A stretch of 64,000 nucleotides of DNA from Verrucomicrobiota bacterium (GCA_016195385.1 JACPZS010000034.1:5885-69884); one strand, 5' to 3'. Shown: positions 1 to 9,971, counted from the stretch's first letter. Notes: generated by a model not told the origin, from the sequence alone. Program-made: numbers and translations.

Positions 1-1473
1 GAGGCAGCATGTCTAACAGATGTGCTCCAGCGGGAGATTCACATTGAAGCTTTTGAGATACTCTTACCACGGGGAAAGCCCCCCGAAAGTGCTCAGTTGG
101 CTGCTCAACATTACTACAGTGTGCGAATGGGCACTCCAACCCTTCCGAAGGTGATCGGAGGCGCGAGTGCAAAAGTTGAAGCTTCGACCGACTACCATCC
201 CGAAAGTGGTGTTCGACTTGGACCGCCTCGTCCATTCAATTTGATGCTTCAAACTTGGGTCGGTCCGATTCAATCGGACGAAAACGTCGCCTATCTCCGC
301 CCCGAAACGGCGCAAGCCATTTTTGCACAGTTCAAGAACGTGCTCGAAACGTCACGCCAGAAAGTGCCGTTCGGCATCGCACAGGTCGGCAAAGCGTTTC
401 GCAACGAAGTCACGCCGCGCAATTTCACATTTCGCTCGCGCGAGTTCGAGCAGATGGAACTCGAATTTTTCATCAAACCCGACGAAGCGGTCGAAGCCAT
501 CAGCGGCAGTGTCACACCCGCCGCCGAACTCGACTCTCGCCCTTCGCCCCTCGACACTTCCTCGTGGGGTTGGGAAGCGTGGCACAAATACTGGGTCGAG
601 CAGCGGATTCAGTTCTACGAAAGCATCGGTCTGCCGCGCAAAGATTTCGTCGAGTACTGGCAGAAGCCCGACGAACTCGCGCATTACGCGCGCGCGACGG
701 TCGATATTCTCTACAAATTTCCGTTCAGCAAACGTGACGAAAAGGGCGAGTTGATGGGCGAAGAATTGGAAGGCATCGCCGCGCGCAGCGATTTTGACTT
801 GAGCCAGCACGCGCGTTTCTCTGGCAAGCCGATGGGCGTGTTCGACGAGGATCTTCGCACCGCGTGGGGCAAACTCGACGACGCGAAGAAGCAGACGCTT
901 TGGCAGCGTTATTACGAAAACCGCAAACGGTATCTGACCAAAACCGCCCGGCCGGATGAGACGCCGGAAAAAATTGAGAAAGCCGCGAAGGAAGACGCGG
1001 ACGGTCTGGCCAAGGGCCAATACATTCCGCACGTTATTGAGCCGTCGGCGGGCGTGGACCGTCTAATCCTCGCGTTGCTGTGCAACGCTTACACGGAAGT
1101 GAGGACGCCCGATGACAAAGGCAAAGCCGAAACGCGCGTGGTGATGAAATTTCATCCGCGCATTGCGCCGAACAAAGTCGGCGTGTTTCCGCTGCTCAAG
1201 AACAAACCCGAGTTGGTGAAGAAAGCGCAGGAAGTGCGCGACTTGTTGCGCCCGCATCTGACGGTTTTTTACGACGACGCGGGCGCGATTGGCCGGCGTT
1301 ACGCACGCCAGGACGAGGCCGGCACGCCTTTCGGCGTGACGATTGATTTTGACACACTCGGCGAAAAGCCGGAGTTGCTCGACACAGTGACGCTGCGCGA
1401 GCGCGACACGATGCAACAGACGCGCGTGCGCATCGCGGATCTCGCCGCGATGCTTTTGGAAAAAGTTCGTTGA
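1..1473 (+). CDS. glyQS: glycine--tRNA ligase (dimeric class II GlyRS), 5'-partial
   Basis: The frame is open back to nt 1, with no stop upstream of the GTG at 22, so the N-terminus lies outside the window. It carries the motifs 'YLRPETAQAIF' and 'GIAQVGKAFRNEVTPRNFTFRSREFEQMELEFF'. The C-terminal anticodon-binding region reads 'GAIGRRYARQDEAGTPFGVTID'. Confidence 0.9.
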   Translation, partial: EAACLTDVLQREIHIEAFEILLPRGKPPESAQLAAQHYYSVRMGTPTLPKVIGGASAKVEASTDYHPESGVRLGPPRPFNLMLQTWVGPIQSDENVAYLRPETAQAIFAQFKNVLETSRQKVPFGIAQVGKAFRNEVTPRNFTFRSREFEQMELEFFIKPDEAVEAISGSVTPAAELDSRPSPLDTSSWGWEAWHKYWVEQRIQFYESIGLPRKDFVEYWQKPDELAHYARATVDILYKFPFSKRDEKGELMGEELEGIAARSDFDLSQHARFSGKPMGVFDEDLRTAWGKLDDAKKQTLWQRYYENRKRYLTKTARPDETPEKIEKAAKEDADGLAKGQYIPHVIEPSAGVDRLILALLCNAYTEVRTPDDKGKAETRVVMKFHPRIAPNKVGVFPLLKNKPELVKKAQEVRDLLRPHLTVFYDDAGAIGRRYARQDEAGTPFGVTIDFDTLGEKPELLDTVTLRERDTMQQTRVRIADLAAMLLEKVR

Positions 1474-1968
1474 ATGAGTTCACCGATGCCTCACCAACGC
1501 GCGCCCACGCTCTACGCGATTATCGCGATGAAGCTGCTGAAGGGCGCAGCGTTCGTGACCTTGGCGATTGTCCTCTACACGCTTTCGGATAACAATCTGC
1601 CGTCGGATTTCCAGAAACTCCTGCATTGGCTGAAGATTAATCCGGAGCGGAAGTTCTTTCACGACCTGGCGCAGCAAGTCGCGAAATTTACCGAACCGGG
1701 ACTCCTCCTCGCCGGCGCGGGTTCATTTCTTTACAGCTTGTTTTCATGGGTCGAGGGCATCGGGTTGATTTTCCGCGTCCGCTGGGCTGGGTGGCTGGCG
1801 ATTGGCGAATCCGCGTTTTTCATTCCGATCGAAGTTTACGAACTGGTGCGAAACTTCTCGGCCTATGTCTTCGTGATCCTCGTGCTGAATGTCATCATCG
1901 TGGTTTACCTGTTTCAGAACCGGGATCGCTTGTTTCATCACCACTCGCATCGCCGGCATGTGGATTGA
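1474..1968 (+). CDS. DUF2127-like small integral membrane protein
   Basis: The 164-aa ORF starts directly after the glyQS stop (TGAATG). It has four hydrophobic segments, and 'YAIIAMKLLKGAAFVTLAI' and 'EGIGLIFRVRWAGWLAIGESAFFIPIEVYEL' resemble the DUF2127 family. Confidence 0.65.
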   Translation: MSSPMPHQRAPTLYAIIAMKLLKGAAFVTLAIVLYTLSDNNLPSDFQKLLHWLKINPERKFFHDLAQQVAKFTEPGLLLAGAGSFLYSLFSWVEGIGLIFRVRWAGWLAIGESAFFIPIEVYELVRNFSAYVFVILVLNVIIVVYLFQNRDRLFHHHSHRRHVD

Positions 1969-2049
1969 CCGTTGGCGGCCCGTAACGTCAATCCGGCTGC
2001 ATCCGGTTCAAAGTTGAATTTGCCGCGACGGAAGCGGATGCTCCGCGCG

Positions 2050-3462
2050 ATGAAATTGCATTGTTTCCTGGCCGGTAACTCGATCCGCTCCGATAAAACC
2101 CTTCTCATACGCAATCCTTACAACGGCAGCGAAGTTGGTTCCGTCGCACTGGCCGCTCGCGCGGACACTGAGGCCGCCATCGCTGCCACGAACGCATTTC
2201 GGGACACGCCCACTCGTCACTGTCGCTCAGTCATTCTCGAAAAGACGCGTGAGCTACTCGACGCGCGGCGCGAAGAATTTGCCCGGCTCATCACGAACGA
2301 GGCAGGTCTGGCCCTGCGCGAGACGCGCTACGAAGTCGGGCGCACACTCGACGTGCTGCGGTTCGCCGCGATGGAAGCTCTGCGCGATGATGGGCAGATT
2401 TTTTCCTGCGATATTTCGCCGCAGGGCAAGGCGCGGAAAATATTCACGACGCGCGAGCCGCTCAACTGCGCCGTCGCCATCACGCCGTTCAATCACCCGC
2501 TCAATCAGGTCGCGCACAAAGTCGCTCCCGCCATCGCCGCCGGCACGCCGATGATTCTCAAGCCGTCGGAAAAAGCGCCGCTCGTCGCGCTCAAGTTCGC
2601 CGAGTTGCTTTACGCCGCCGGACTGCCGGGGCCGATGTTGAGCGTGTTGCTCGGCCTGACGGGCGAAGTCGCCGAACCGCTCGTGCAAGACCCGCGTGTC
2701 GATGTGGTCGCCTTCACCGGCAGCGTGCCCGTGGGCAAACGCATCGCCGCCACCGCCGGCTACAAGAAGCTTGTGCTCGAACTCGGTGGCAACGATCCGC
2801 TTATCGTTCTTGATGACGCCGACCTCGACCTCGCCGTCACGCTCGCAGCGGAAGGGAGTTTCAGAAATTCCGGCCAGCGTTGCACGGCGGTGAAACGAAT
2901 CTTGGTCCAGGACGGCATCGTTTCCGAATTCACCCGCCGCCTCGTCGAAAAGACGCGCGATTACTTGTGTGGTGATCCGATGGACGAAGCGACGCGAGTT
3001 GGCACCGTCATCGATGAAGCCTCCGCGATTTATTTGGAAACCGTCGTGAAGGAAGCGGTCGCCGCCGGTGCGAAAGTGCTCATTGGTGGGAAGCGACGCG
3101 GCGCGTTGCTGCCGCCCACCGTCATCACCGACGTTCCGCGCGACTGTCGCATGGTCGTTTGCGAAAGCTTTGGCCCGCTCGCGCCGATAATGCGCGTGGG
3201 CGATTTGGACGACGCGCTCGCGCTGGCGAACTCGACCGCTTATGGACTCAGTTCCGGCGTGGTGACGACCAACTTGAACAGCGCGCTCAAAGCCATCAAG
3301 ACACTTCGTTGCGGCACGGTGAACGTAAACGAAGTGCCCGGCTTCCGCGTCGAAAACTCGCCATTCGGCGGCATCAAAGACAGTGGCTTGGGCGTCAAGG
3401 AAGGCGTCATCGAAGCGATCAAAGCTTACAGCTTCGTGAAGACATTTTCGCTGCCGTGGTAA
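2050..3462 (+). CDS. NAD(P)-dependent aldehyde dehydrogenase family protein
   Basis: It has the ALDH motifs 'ELGGNDP' (catalytic Glu), 'FRNSGQRCTAVKR' (catalytic Cys) and 'NEVPGFRVENSPFGGIKDSG'. I chose the ATG at 2050 (MKLHCFLAG...) because the ORF-track start at 1972 adds a non-homologous basic leader. Confidence 0.85.
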   Translation: MKLHCFLAGNSIRSDKTLLIRNPYNGSEVGSVALAARADTEAAIAATNAFRDTPTRHCRSVILEKTRELLDARREEFARLITNEAGLALRETRYEVGRTLDVLRFAAMEALRDDGQIFSCDISPQGKARKIFTTREPLNCAVAITPFNHPLNQVAHKVAPAIAAGTPMILKPSEKAPLVALKFAELLYAAGLPGPMLSVLLGLTGEVAEPLVQDPRVDVVAFTGSVPVGKRIAATAGYKKLVLELGGNDPLIVLDDADLDLAVTLAAEGSFRNSGQRCTAVKRILVQDGIVSEFTRRLVEKTRDYLCGDPMDEATRVGTVIDEASAIYLETVVKEAVAAGAKVLIGGKRRGALLPPTVITDVPRDCRMVVCESFGPLAPIMRVGDLDDALALANSTAYGLSSGVVTTNLNSALKAIKTLRCGTVNVNEVPGFRVENSPFGGIKDSGLGVKEGVIEAIKAYSFVKTFSLPW

Positions 3463-3486
3463 CAAGTCTGAATGGCGAACCTTGCG

Positions 3487-6400
3487 TTAATCGACGTAAA
3501 CTAACTCGTTCAAATTAAGCATCAGCAAGCAGAACGCTTGCAAGGCACGCTCGCGGCTGTCGTCTTGCGCTTTGGCTGGCGACGGGCTGGTGGTGGCGGC
3601 CAGAAAGTTTGCGCCGCTGCGGACAGTGAATGAATCCACGCTCAACGGCGCGCCCCAGGTTTTGACGCCGAGCAGACCGCTTTCCGCAAATCGCGCGTCA
3701 TCCGTGAAATCAATTCGCGGATCACCATCCGCACCGAACCAGACGCGCAGACGCGTGCCGGTCATTTCAATCTTCACTCGTTGAGATTGTCCGAGTCGAA
3801 TTGGCGCGTCAGCTTCGGTCAGCATCGTGAATTTTTCCGCGTGGCGGCGCAGAACCAGTTTTTGGCGGCGCGGATCCAGAGTCAGTTCGTAGCCGCGCAG
3901 ACTCTCGCTTTCCGCCCGGGCGCGAAAAAGCACGCCGGCAAATTCGCTGGCGCGGGCCAGCGTGAGATCGATTTCGAGGATGCCATCACGAAGCGGCTCG
4001 CTCTTCCAGAGCGCGAATGGGCCGCGCGGACGATCCACCGTGCGGATGCTTTCGTAGCCCTGCGACCACTCACCGCGGTAATAATTCCAGCCATCCCGTG
4101 GGCCGATCAGGTAGTCGGACGATTTCAAGCGTTCGGAGAAACCTTTCTCCAACGAGTCGGGCACGTCGGGGCTGAACGTGAGGCGGGAGCAAATTTGATC
4201 GAAGGCGACGCGCTGGCGTTCGAGATAATTTCGCGCAATTTCAAACTCGCGCCGACTGGGTTCGCGGCCTGTGGTAATCTGATACGCGCGGTGAATTTGC
4301 CGCCGCTGGTCATCGCCGGTTTCACGAATCAGCCGCGCGGCAAACGCCTTTGCCTGCTGGCGCAGGAACGAGTCGTTGAGCAGCAGCAACGATTGCGGAG
4401 CGACGGTGGTGACGGGTCGTTCGGCGAGCGGCGAGGTCGTGTTGTTGTAATCGAAATTTTCCAGCAGTGGCACCTGCATCGTGCGCTTGATGAACGTGTA
4501 AACGGCGCGGCGGGATTGTTCTTCTTCACTGGAAATTTCCCAATCGAGGCCGGGACGCGACGCGCCGGCGACGACTTCACCGGCAAGGTGTGGAAAAAAT
4601 CCGCGTCCGCCCATCGTCAAGTTGAGCCGGCCGCTGACATTGAGAATCGTGTCGTGAATAGCCTCGGCTTCGAGCCGCCGCAGATTTTGACGCCACAACA
4701 AATCATTGCCGGGATCGACCGCGAGTGCTGCTGCGTTTTCCGCGCGCGAGGAGCGGCGATACGTTTCCGAAAGCATGATGGTCTTGTGAAGACGCTTGAT
4801 CGACCAGCCGCCGTCGATGAATTCCGCCGCCAGCCAGTCGAGTAATTGCGGATGCGTGGGCGCTACGCCAGCGCGACCGAAATCCGAAGTCGTCTTCGCG
4901 ATACCTTTGCCGAAGTGATGCTGCCAGATGCGATTTGCCATCACGCGTGCCGTCAGCGGATTTTCGCGGCTCGCAATCCATTCGGCCAGCGCGCGGCGAC
5001 GCCCCGAAGAATTTGCTTCGGGTGAGTGTAAATTCAATTTCGGCTGGTGGCCGCCGAGCACCGTGAGAAACGCCGGTTGAACTTCAACTCCGGGAGTCGC
5101 CGCGTTGCCACGCACGAGCACGTGGGTCGGTTCCGATTGCGATCCTTTTTCGCGAACGCAGAGCGCCCACTCAAACGGCGGCTTCTCCTCCTTGAGTTTG
5201 TCGATTTGCGACTGAAGTTTTTTCTTCTCGTCGTCGGCTTTAGAGGCGGCGAGTTGTGCTGCGAGCGGATTCAGTTTGGCTTGTTGCGCCGCCTGCCATT
5301 GGTGGATGACGGCGGATTCGACCAACGGCATGTAGGCCGCCGAATCGAGCGTGTATTTCGGCGCCTCATAACTGCGCACACCGCGGATAAACGCGAGCAG
5401 CGAATAATAATCTTTTTGCGAAATCGGATCGAACTTATGGTCGTGGCAGCGCGCGCAGCCGAGCGTGAGGCCGAGAAACGCCGCGCCAGTCGTGACAATT
5501 ACGTCGTCCAGTTCATCAAACACCGCCATGCGTTTGTCGTCCGGTTCATCGTCGAAAACGCCCAACCGATAGAAGCCCGTTGCGATGAGTGAATCGTGCG
5601 TGACTCGATCCAGCTCGTCACCCGCGAGCTGTTCGCGGATGAATTGGTCGTAAGGCTTGTCATCGTTGAAGGCCTTGATCACGTAGTCGCGATAACGCCA
5701 TGTCAGCGGCTTCTCGCCGTCGCGCTCGTAGCCGGTCGTCTGCGCGAACCGCACCACGTCAAGCCAGTGCCGACCCCAGCGCTCGCCGTATTGGGGCAGC
5801 GAGAGCAAGTGATCAATCAACTTCTCGTACGCGCGCGGCGAAGCATCGTTTTCAAAAGCGCGGACTTCCTCGAAGCTGGGCGGCAGGCCAATCAAATCAA
5901 AATACGCGCGCCGGATGAGTTCACGTTTCGTGGCCGGCGGATTGGGCTTCAAATTCTTTGCCCCGAGCTTGGCGAGAACGAACGTGTCGATTGGGTTCGC
6001 GCGTCTGGCTTTTGAGGACAGCGCTGTCAGCGCTGGCTTTTGAATCGGTTGAAACGCCCAATAGGCGTGGTCTTTTTCGGTGATCTCGAACGCTGTCTTC
6101 GGCGCGCGCGTTGTGTTCGCCTTATCGCTCGCTGGCCACGGCGCGCCGGACTTCACCCACTGCGTCAAGTCGGCGATCTGACGGTCGAACAACTTTTTAT
6201 TCTTCGGCGGCATCTGCAAATCCTTGTCCGCATAGCGCACCGCCTTGATGAGCAGACTTTGCTCCGGCTCGCCGGGGACGATGGCCGGCCCAGTGTCGCC
6301 GCCCTTCAAAACCCCTTCGCGCGTGTCGAGCAGTAAGCTGCCTTTGAGCTTTTCACTCTCGGCGCTGTGGCACTGGTAGCAATTGTCTGCGAGCAACGGC

Positions 6401-6558
6401 CGAATTTTTCGCTCGAAGAAGGCGAGGTTGTCGGCGCTCGCGTCGTCGCAAAAGACGGACAAGGTACCGCCTAACAGTAACGCGAAAATGAAAGCCAAAG
6501 TCCGGCCGTGGTGAGTGGGCAGCTGATTTTCAAATCGCGATCTGGAAACAGGCATCAT
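3487..6558 (-). CDS. PSCyt/DUF1549/DUF1553 (Planctomycete cytochrome c + PSD) protein with C-terminal LamG/DUF1080-like domain
   Basis: It has a signal peptide and the haem-binding-type motif 'CYQCHS'. DUF1549-like ('RRAYFDLIGLPP') and DUF1553-like ('CARCHDHKFDPISQKDYY') motifs are present. An extra about 200-aa beta-rich C-terminus reads 'GYELTLDPRRQKLVLRR...RVKIEMTGTRLRVWF'. Confidence 0.85.
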   Translation of the reverse strand: MMPVSRSRFENQLPTHHGRTLAFIFALLLGGTLSVFCDDASADNLAFFERKIRPLLADNCYQCHSAESEKLKGSLLLDTREGVLKGGDTGPAIVPGEPEQSLLIKAVRYADKDLQMPPKNKKLFDRQIADLTQWVKSGAPWPASDKANTTRAPKTAFEITEKDHAYWAFQPIQKPALTALSSKARRANPIDTFVLAKLGAKNLKPNPPATKRELIRRAYFDLIGLPPSFEEVRAFENDASPRAYEKLIDHLLSLPQYGERWGRHWLDVVRFAQTTGYERDGEKPLTWRYRDYVIKAFNDDKPYDQFIREQLAGDELDRVTHDSLIATGFYRLGVFDDEPDDKRMAVFDELDDVIVTTGAAFLGLTLGCARCHDHKFDPISQKDYYSLLAFIRGVRSYEAPKYTLDSAAYMPLVESAVIHQWQAAQQAKLNPLAAQLAASKADDEKKKLQSQIDKLKEEKPPFEWALCVREKGSQSEPTHVLVRGNAATPGVEVQPAFLTVLGGHQPKLNLHSPEANSSGRRRALAEWIASRENPLTARVMANRIWQHHFGKGIAKTTSDFGRAGVAPTHPQLLDWLAAEFIDGGWSIKRLHKTIMLSETYRRSSRAENAAALAVDPGNDLLWRQNLRRLEAEAIHDTILNVSGRLNLTMGGRGFFPHLAGEVVAGASRPGLDWEISSEEEQSRRAVYTFIKRTMQVPLLENFDYNNTTSPLAERPVTTVAPQSLLLLNDSFLRQQAKAFAARLIRETGDDQRRQIHRAYQITTGREPSRREFEIARNYLERQRVAFDQICSRLTFSPDVPDSLEKGFSERLKSSDYLIGPRDGWNYYRGEWSQGYESIRTVDRPRGPFALWKSEPLRDGILEIDLTLARASEFAGVLFRARAESESLRGYELTLDPRRQKLVLRRHAEKFTMLTEADAPIRLGQSQRVKIEMTGTRLRVWFGADGDPRIDFTDDARFAESGLLGVKTWGAPLSVDSFTVRSGANFLAATTSPSPAKAQDDSRERALQAFCLLMLNLNELVYVD

Positions 6559-6621
6559 GTCTGTTTTAGCTCAAGGGAATTTAGTGCTAGTGTTTGTTCC
6601 ATCAAATACGACTCCGTTCAC

Positions 6622-7026
6622 TTAGCCCACGAAACCATGAATCAAGCACCGAAGAAACACTACATTCGTTTCCGATTCGACGACGCCCGGTGAAACAATC
6701 TGGTAACTGCTGTCGGCATCAGTCAGTGCGGACCAATTCGCAGCAAACCGTCGTGCATGATCCCCAGGGCACACTACAATCCGGAGATCGCTAACCTCAT
6801 TGCTCAGACACTGCCAGTTGGACGGAAACTTGCCTTCGTGGTCGGCCGCCCATAATTGTCCCCCTATTCCCAGAGAGTGCATCTGATTCACGCAACGTTG
6901 GAATTCGTCTCGTTTATCGACCCGCGCTTTCACTTCCGAGTAATGGAACGCCATCCAAGCGCCAAAACCAAAAATCACAACCAGAGACGCTACGGCGAAA
7001 AGCACGGTGTTTCCGAGTATCTTCAT
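6622..7026 (-). CDS. hypothetical membrane-anchored protein
   Basis: This 134-aa ORF runs from MKILGN and has one N-terminal TM (VLFAVASLVVIFGFGAWMAF). It contains 'KFPSNWQCLSNEV..LRIVVCPGD', a motif reminiscent of DUF1559-type PVC proteins. I recognised no enzyme motifs. Confidence 0.4.
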   Translation of the reverse strand: MKILGNTVLFAVASLVVIFGFGAWMAFHYSEVKARVDKRDEFQRCVNQMHSLGIGGQLWAADHEGKFPSNWQCLSNEVSDLRIVVCPGDHARRFAANWSALTDADSSYQIVSPGVVESETNVVFLRCLIHGFVG

Positions 7027-7140
7027 GAGCGCTTGATTATTTGTAACGCAAAACTTTGTCTTCCTAAATCGGTGGAGCAAGTCATTTTCCCGTACTCCCA
7101 CTTCGACGGTGGCGCTTAGTCATTTAATAGAGGTAAAGTT

Positions 7141-8397
7141 TCAAAACTTCAGAAAGATGCACTTCAGGTACTCCGCTTCTTTGAATCCCACCGGATGATC
7201 CGCCGGATGCCCGGCTCGGCGCAGTTCGGCAAAATTGCGGTGTGTACGCGCGGCGGCTTGCTGGACTGCGGCGAAAAATTCCTCTGCAGAGACGTGGGCC
7301 GAGCACGACGACGCGACGAGAATTCCGCCCGCTCGCAATCGCGCGATCGCTTGCTCGGCGAGGCGTCCGTAGGCTTGGATGGCAGCGGCGCGTTCGGTCT
7401 CCCGTTTGGCCAGCGACGGCGGATCGAGCACGATGAGATCGAATTTTCGTCCCGATTTTTTCGCGAGCCACTCGAAGACGTCGGTTTGCTCCGTTTCGTG
7501 ACGACACTGCGCCATGTTCGGAGCAGCGGCGTTCAACGCGAAGTTTCGTCGCGCGCTTTCGAGCGCGTACGCGCTGATATCGAGGTCGGTTACCGAGACG
7601 GCTCCGCCACGGGCGGCGTAGAGTGAGAAGCCGCCGGAGAAACTAAACGTATTCAAAACTTCGCGGCCCCGCGCGTGTGATTCGACCTCGCGGCGGTTCT
7701 CGCGTTGATCGAGGAAGAAGCCTGTTTTTTGCCCGCACAAAACGTCGGCTTCAAACCGCAGCCCGTTTTCCAGAAACACAACCGGCTCGACGATGGGCGG
7801 CCCAAGGAGAATCTGGCCGTCGGCGCAACTGAACTCTTTCGCCGCAATTTCCTGGATGTTCCGACTCAGACGCAGCACCAGTCGCAGCGGGTGGAGCGCG
7901 TTTTGGATCAAGCTCGTCACTTCCGAGAGGCGCGGCAGCCACGCGGCGGTGTAGAGTTTGAGAACCAGTGTCGTGTCGTAACGATCCAGCACCAAGCCAG
8001 GCCAGCCGTCGCTCTCGCCGTAAATCCAGCGAAAGCCCGTTGTGTCGGGTGCAAAAAGATTTTCGCGGCGAGCCAGTGCGGATTGCAACCGCGCACGCCA
8101 CCAGGCGTCGTGGAGCTTGGCCGGCTTGCCCGCATGCAAAATGCGCACGCGCAGCGGCGACTCCGGATCAAACAATCCCACCGCAAGGAACCGGTCGTTG
8201 CGGTCGTAGATCACCGCGAGTTCACCGCAGAGACCTTCACGATTTTGCTCCCGCACACTGGTGGCAAACAGCCACGGATGTCCGGCACGCAATTGCTGCT
8301 CCGCCGCAGTCGTGACGCGCAACCGAAGTGTGGCAGGCGCAGGCGGGGAAGATGTGGTTTTCACAATCTGCATCTGGCGAGTGGCACTCTGGCTCAT
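7141..8397 (-). CDS. class I SAM-dependent rRNA (cytosine-C5) methyltransferase, RlmI/RlmK-like (PUA + MTase)
   Basis: The N-terminus is PUA-like ('[10 protein letters not shown]'). It has the SAM-binding '[16 protein letters not shown]' and the motif IV-like '[13 protein letters not shown]'. Its length of 418 aa is typical of the family. Confidence 0.8.
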   Translation of the reverse strand: MSQSATRQMQIVKTTSSPPAPATLRLRVTTAAEQQLRAGHPWLFATSVREQNREGLCGELAVIYDRNDRFLAVGLFDPESPLRVRILHAGKPAKLHDAWWRARLQSALARRENLFAPDTTGFRWIYGESDGWPGLVLDRYDTTLVLKLYTAAWLPRLSEVTSLIQNALHPLRLVLRLSRNIQEIAAKEFSCADGQILLGPPIVEPVVFLENGLRFEADVLCGQKTGFFLDQRENRREVESHARGREVLNTFSFSGGFSLYAARGGAVSVTDLDISAYALESARRNFALNAAAPNMAQCRHETEQTDVFEWLAKKSGRKFDLIVLDPPSLAKRETERAAAIQAYGRLAEQAIARLRAGGILVASSCSAHVSAEEFFAAVQQAAARTHRNFAELRRAGHPADHPVGFKEAEYLKCIFLKF

Positions 8398-8647
8398 TTT
8401 CTTTATGCGCTCGCTTGACCAATTAGAAGATCGGCTGAAGTGGATTTGACACTGTTTCCTTCCTGGGCGGAGAGGTCGTTGAGCTGCGGCATCAACTCAG
8501 CCTCAGCTGCAAGTTCCGAAACCACAAATTGGGCGCTTGCGCGCGGCAAAGAGTTTCTGGTAGCTTGCGCGTCCTTGTTGGAAAACCGCAGGCTTGGTAA
8601 TGGCTGCTGGTTTGTCTGCAAGTGGTGGTAAAATGGCAATTTAGGTG

Positions 8648-8734
8648 GCCGATGTGGCGGAATTGGCAGACGCGCTAGACTCAAAATCTTGTGTCTTAAC
8701 AGACGTGTGGGTTCGACCCCCTCCATCGGCACCA
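8648..8734 (+). tRNA. tRNA-Leu (anticodon CAA), type II with long variable arm, CCA encoded
   Basis: I folded it by hand. The acceptor is GCCGATG/CATCGGC and the anticodon loop is CT-CAA-AA. The variable arm is GTCT-TAAC-AGAC, the T-loop is TTCGACC and the discriminator is A followed by CCA. The overall sequence parallels E. coli leuX. There are two U.U mismatches, at 28:42 and 50:64. Confidence 0.88.
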
Positions 8735-8864
8735 AAATTTGGAAACGATGCAAAGCCAAGGCCGCCCCGCTGCGGAATTTCTCCTGCAAGGCCAGATCCG
8801 GGACACTGACTTTGAAATCCTCACGACAGAAAGGATAAATGTCATTGAGCAAGCGGCTGATAAT

Positions 8865-9971
8865 TCACCTTTCGCGCCGAAACATTTTCCCGGGCAGTTG
8901 TTTCACCATCCGCTTCATCTCCAGACTCAACAGCGCCACCGAAACCGCCGAACTGGGCAGCCCGCTTTGGCGAATCACGTCGTCGATGGAAATTTCCTCT
9001 TCGCTCAAAGTCTCGTAAACTTTTTGCTCCGGCTCGGACAACACCAGCGCGGGCAGCACGCCGGTTTCGTTCGCTGAAGGCGGGCGGTTCGTAGCCGGGA
9101 AAAGATACTCGAACTCGCTTAACACATCCTCCGCGCTTTCGCAAAGTTTCGCGCCCTTCTTGATCAAATCGTGGCAGCCCTTGCTGCGTGGCGAGTCGAT
9201 GCGGCCTGGCACCGCGAAAGTTTGCCGGCCGTAATCGACCGCAAAATTTGCCGTGATGAGCGCGCCGCTCGTCAGATTTGCTTCGACGACCACGGTGCCG
9301 AGCGTCATGCCCGCGACGATGCGGTTGCGGATCGGGAACGACTGTTTGTCCGCGATGCGATTGAAAGGGAATTGCGTAATCAGCGCGCCATTGGCCGCGA
9401 TGCGCTCGAACAACTCAGCGTTCTCCGGTGGAAAAACGATGTTGATGCCGTTGCCCAGCACGGCGACGGTGCGGCCCTTCGCGCTCATCGCGCCTTGATG
9501 GGACGCGGTGTCGATGCCCCGCGCGCCGCCGCTGACCACGGTGACGCCGACGTAGGCGAGTTGATAAGCGAGCTTGCGCGCTGTCTCCAGACCGTAGCTC
9601 GTCGTCATGCGCGAACCGACCATCGCGACGGCGTTTTTATCCTTTTCGGTGAGCGCGCCCTTGACGTAGAGGACAACAGGCGGGTCGTAAATTTGGCGGA
9701 GCAACTCCGGATAGGCGTCGTCGCTTTGAATCAAAACGTGACAGCCGAATTCTTGAATGCGCTTCAATTCGCCCGCAAGATCGATCGATTTTTCCCAGTC
9801 CACAATCGCTTGCGCGGTCTCGTCGCCGATGCCACGCACTTGGAGGAGTTGCGCTTTGGAGGCACGGAGAATCGTTGGTGCTTCGCCAAAGTGATCAAGC
9901 AACTGTCGCACGCGCACTGGCCCGACATGCGAAATCATGTTCAAGGCGACAAATGCTTCCCGGGGATCCAT
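8865..9971 (-). CDS. dprA: DNA-processing protein DprA (Smf)
   Basis: It has an N-terminal HhH/SAM-like region ('LLQVRGIGDETAQAI'). The Rossmann-like core reads 'VAMVGSRMTTSYG', 'VVSGGARGIDTASHQGA' and 'AVLGNGINIVFPPEN'. The C-terminus is a winged helix. Confidence 0.9.
   Translation of the reverse strand: MDPREAFVALNMISHVGPVRVRQLLDHFGEAPTILRASKAQLLQVRGIGDETAQAIVDWEKSIDLAGELKRIQEFGCHVLIQSDDAYPELLRQIYDPPVVLYVKGALTEKDKNAVAMVGSRMTTSYGLETARKLAYQLAYVGVTVVSGGARGIDTASHQGAMSAKGRTVAVLGNGINIVFPPENAELFERIAANGALITQFPFNRIADKQSFPIRNRIVAGMTLGTVVVEANLTSGALITANFAVDYGRQTFAVPGRIDSPRSKGCHDLIKKGAKLCESAEDVLSEFEYLFPATNRPPSANETGVLPALVLSEPEQKVYETLSEEEISIDDVIRQSGLPSSAVSVALLSLEMKRMVKQLPGKMFRRER

Noticed and set aside
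2254-3465. Long antisense or alternative-frame ORFs that shadow well-supported genes. Examples are 352-1032(-), 2254-3465(-), 3781-4845(+), 21087-22745(-), 25173-26294(-), 28174-29037(+), 30605-31531(-), 37057-38052(-), 40158-41267(+), 41943-42878(-), 44986-45840(-), 45934-46929(-), 46521-47594(-), 52059-52853(-), 54541-55158(-), 56199-57044(-), 60790-61380(-), 62893-63441(-) and 63442-63990(-).
   Set aside because: Each lies wholly inside, and opposite or out of frame to, a gene with clear family motifs. Their translations are Arg/Ala/Gly/His-rich and low in complexity, with no recognisable motifs. That is the expected by-product of high GC content, where stop codons are rare.
8403-8852. A 149-aa minus-strand ORF across tRNA-Leu, and ORFs 62067-62396 and 62200-62463 across tRNA-Thr.
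   Set aside because: They contain the typical antisense-tRNA peptide strings ('MEGVEPTRLL...', 'SGLNRRPTVYETVALPLSYIG'), which are artefacts of the tRNA genes.
8398-8864. Possible genomic-island or integration sites next to tRNA-Leu and tRNA-Thr (62071-62484).
   Set aside because: No integrase, no direct repeat of the tRNA 3' end and no phage or transposon genes are nearby. The flanking genes are housekeeping genes.
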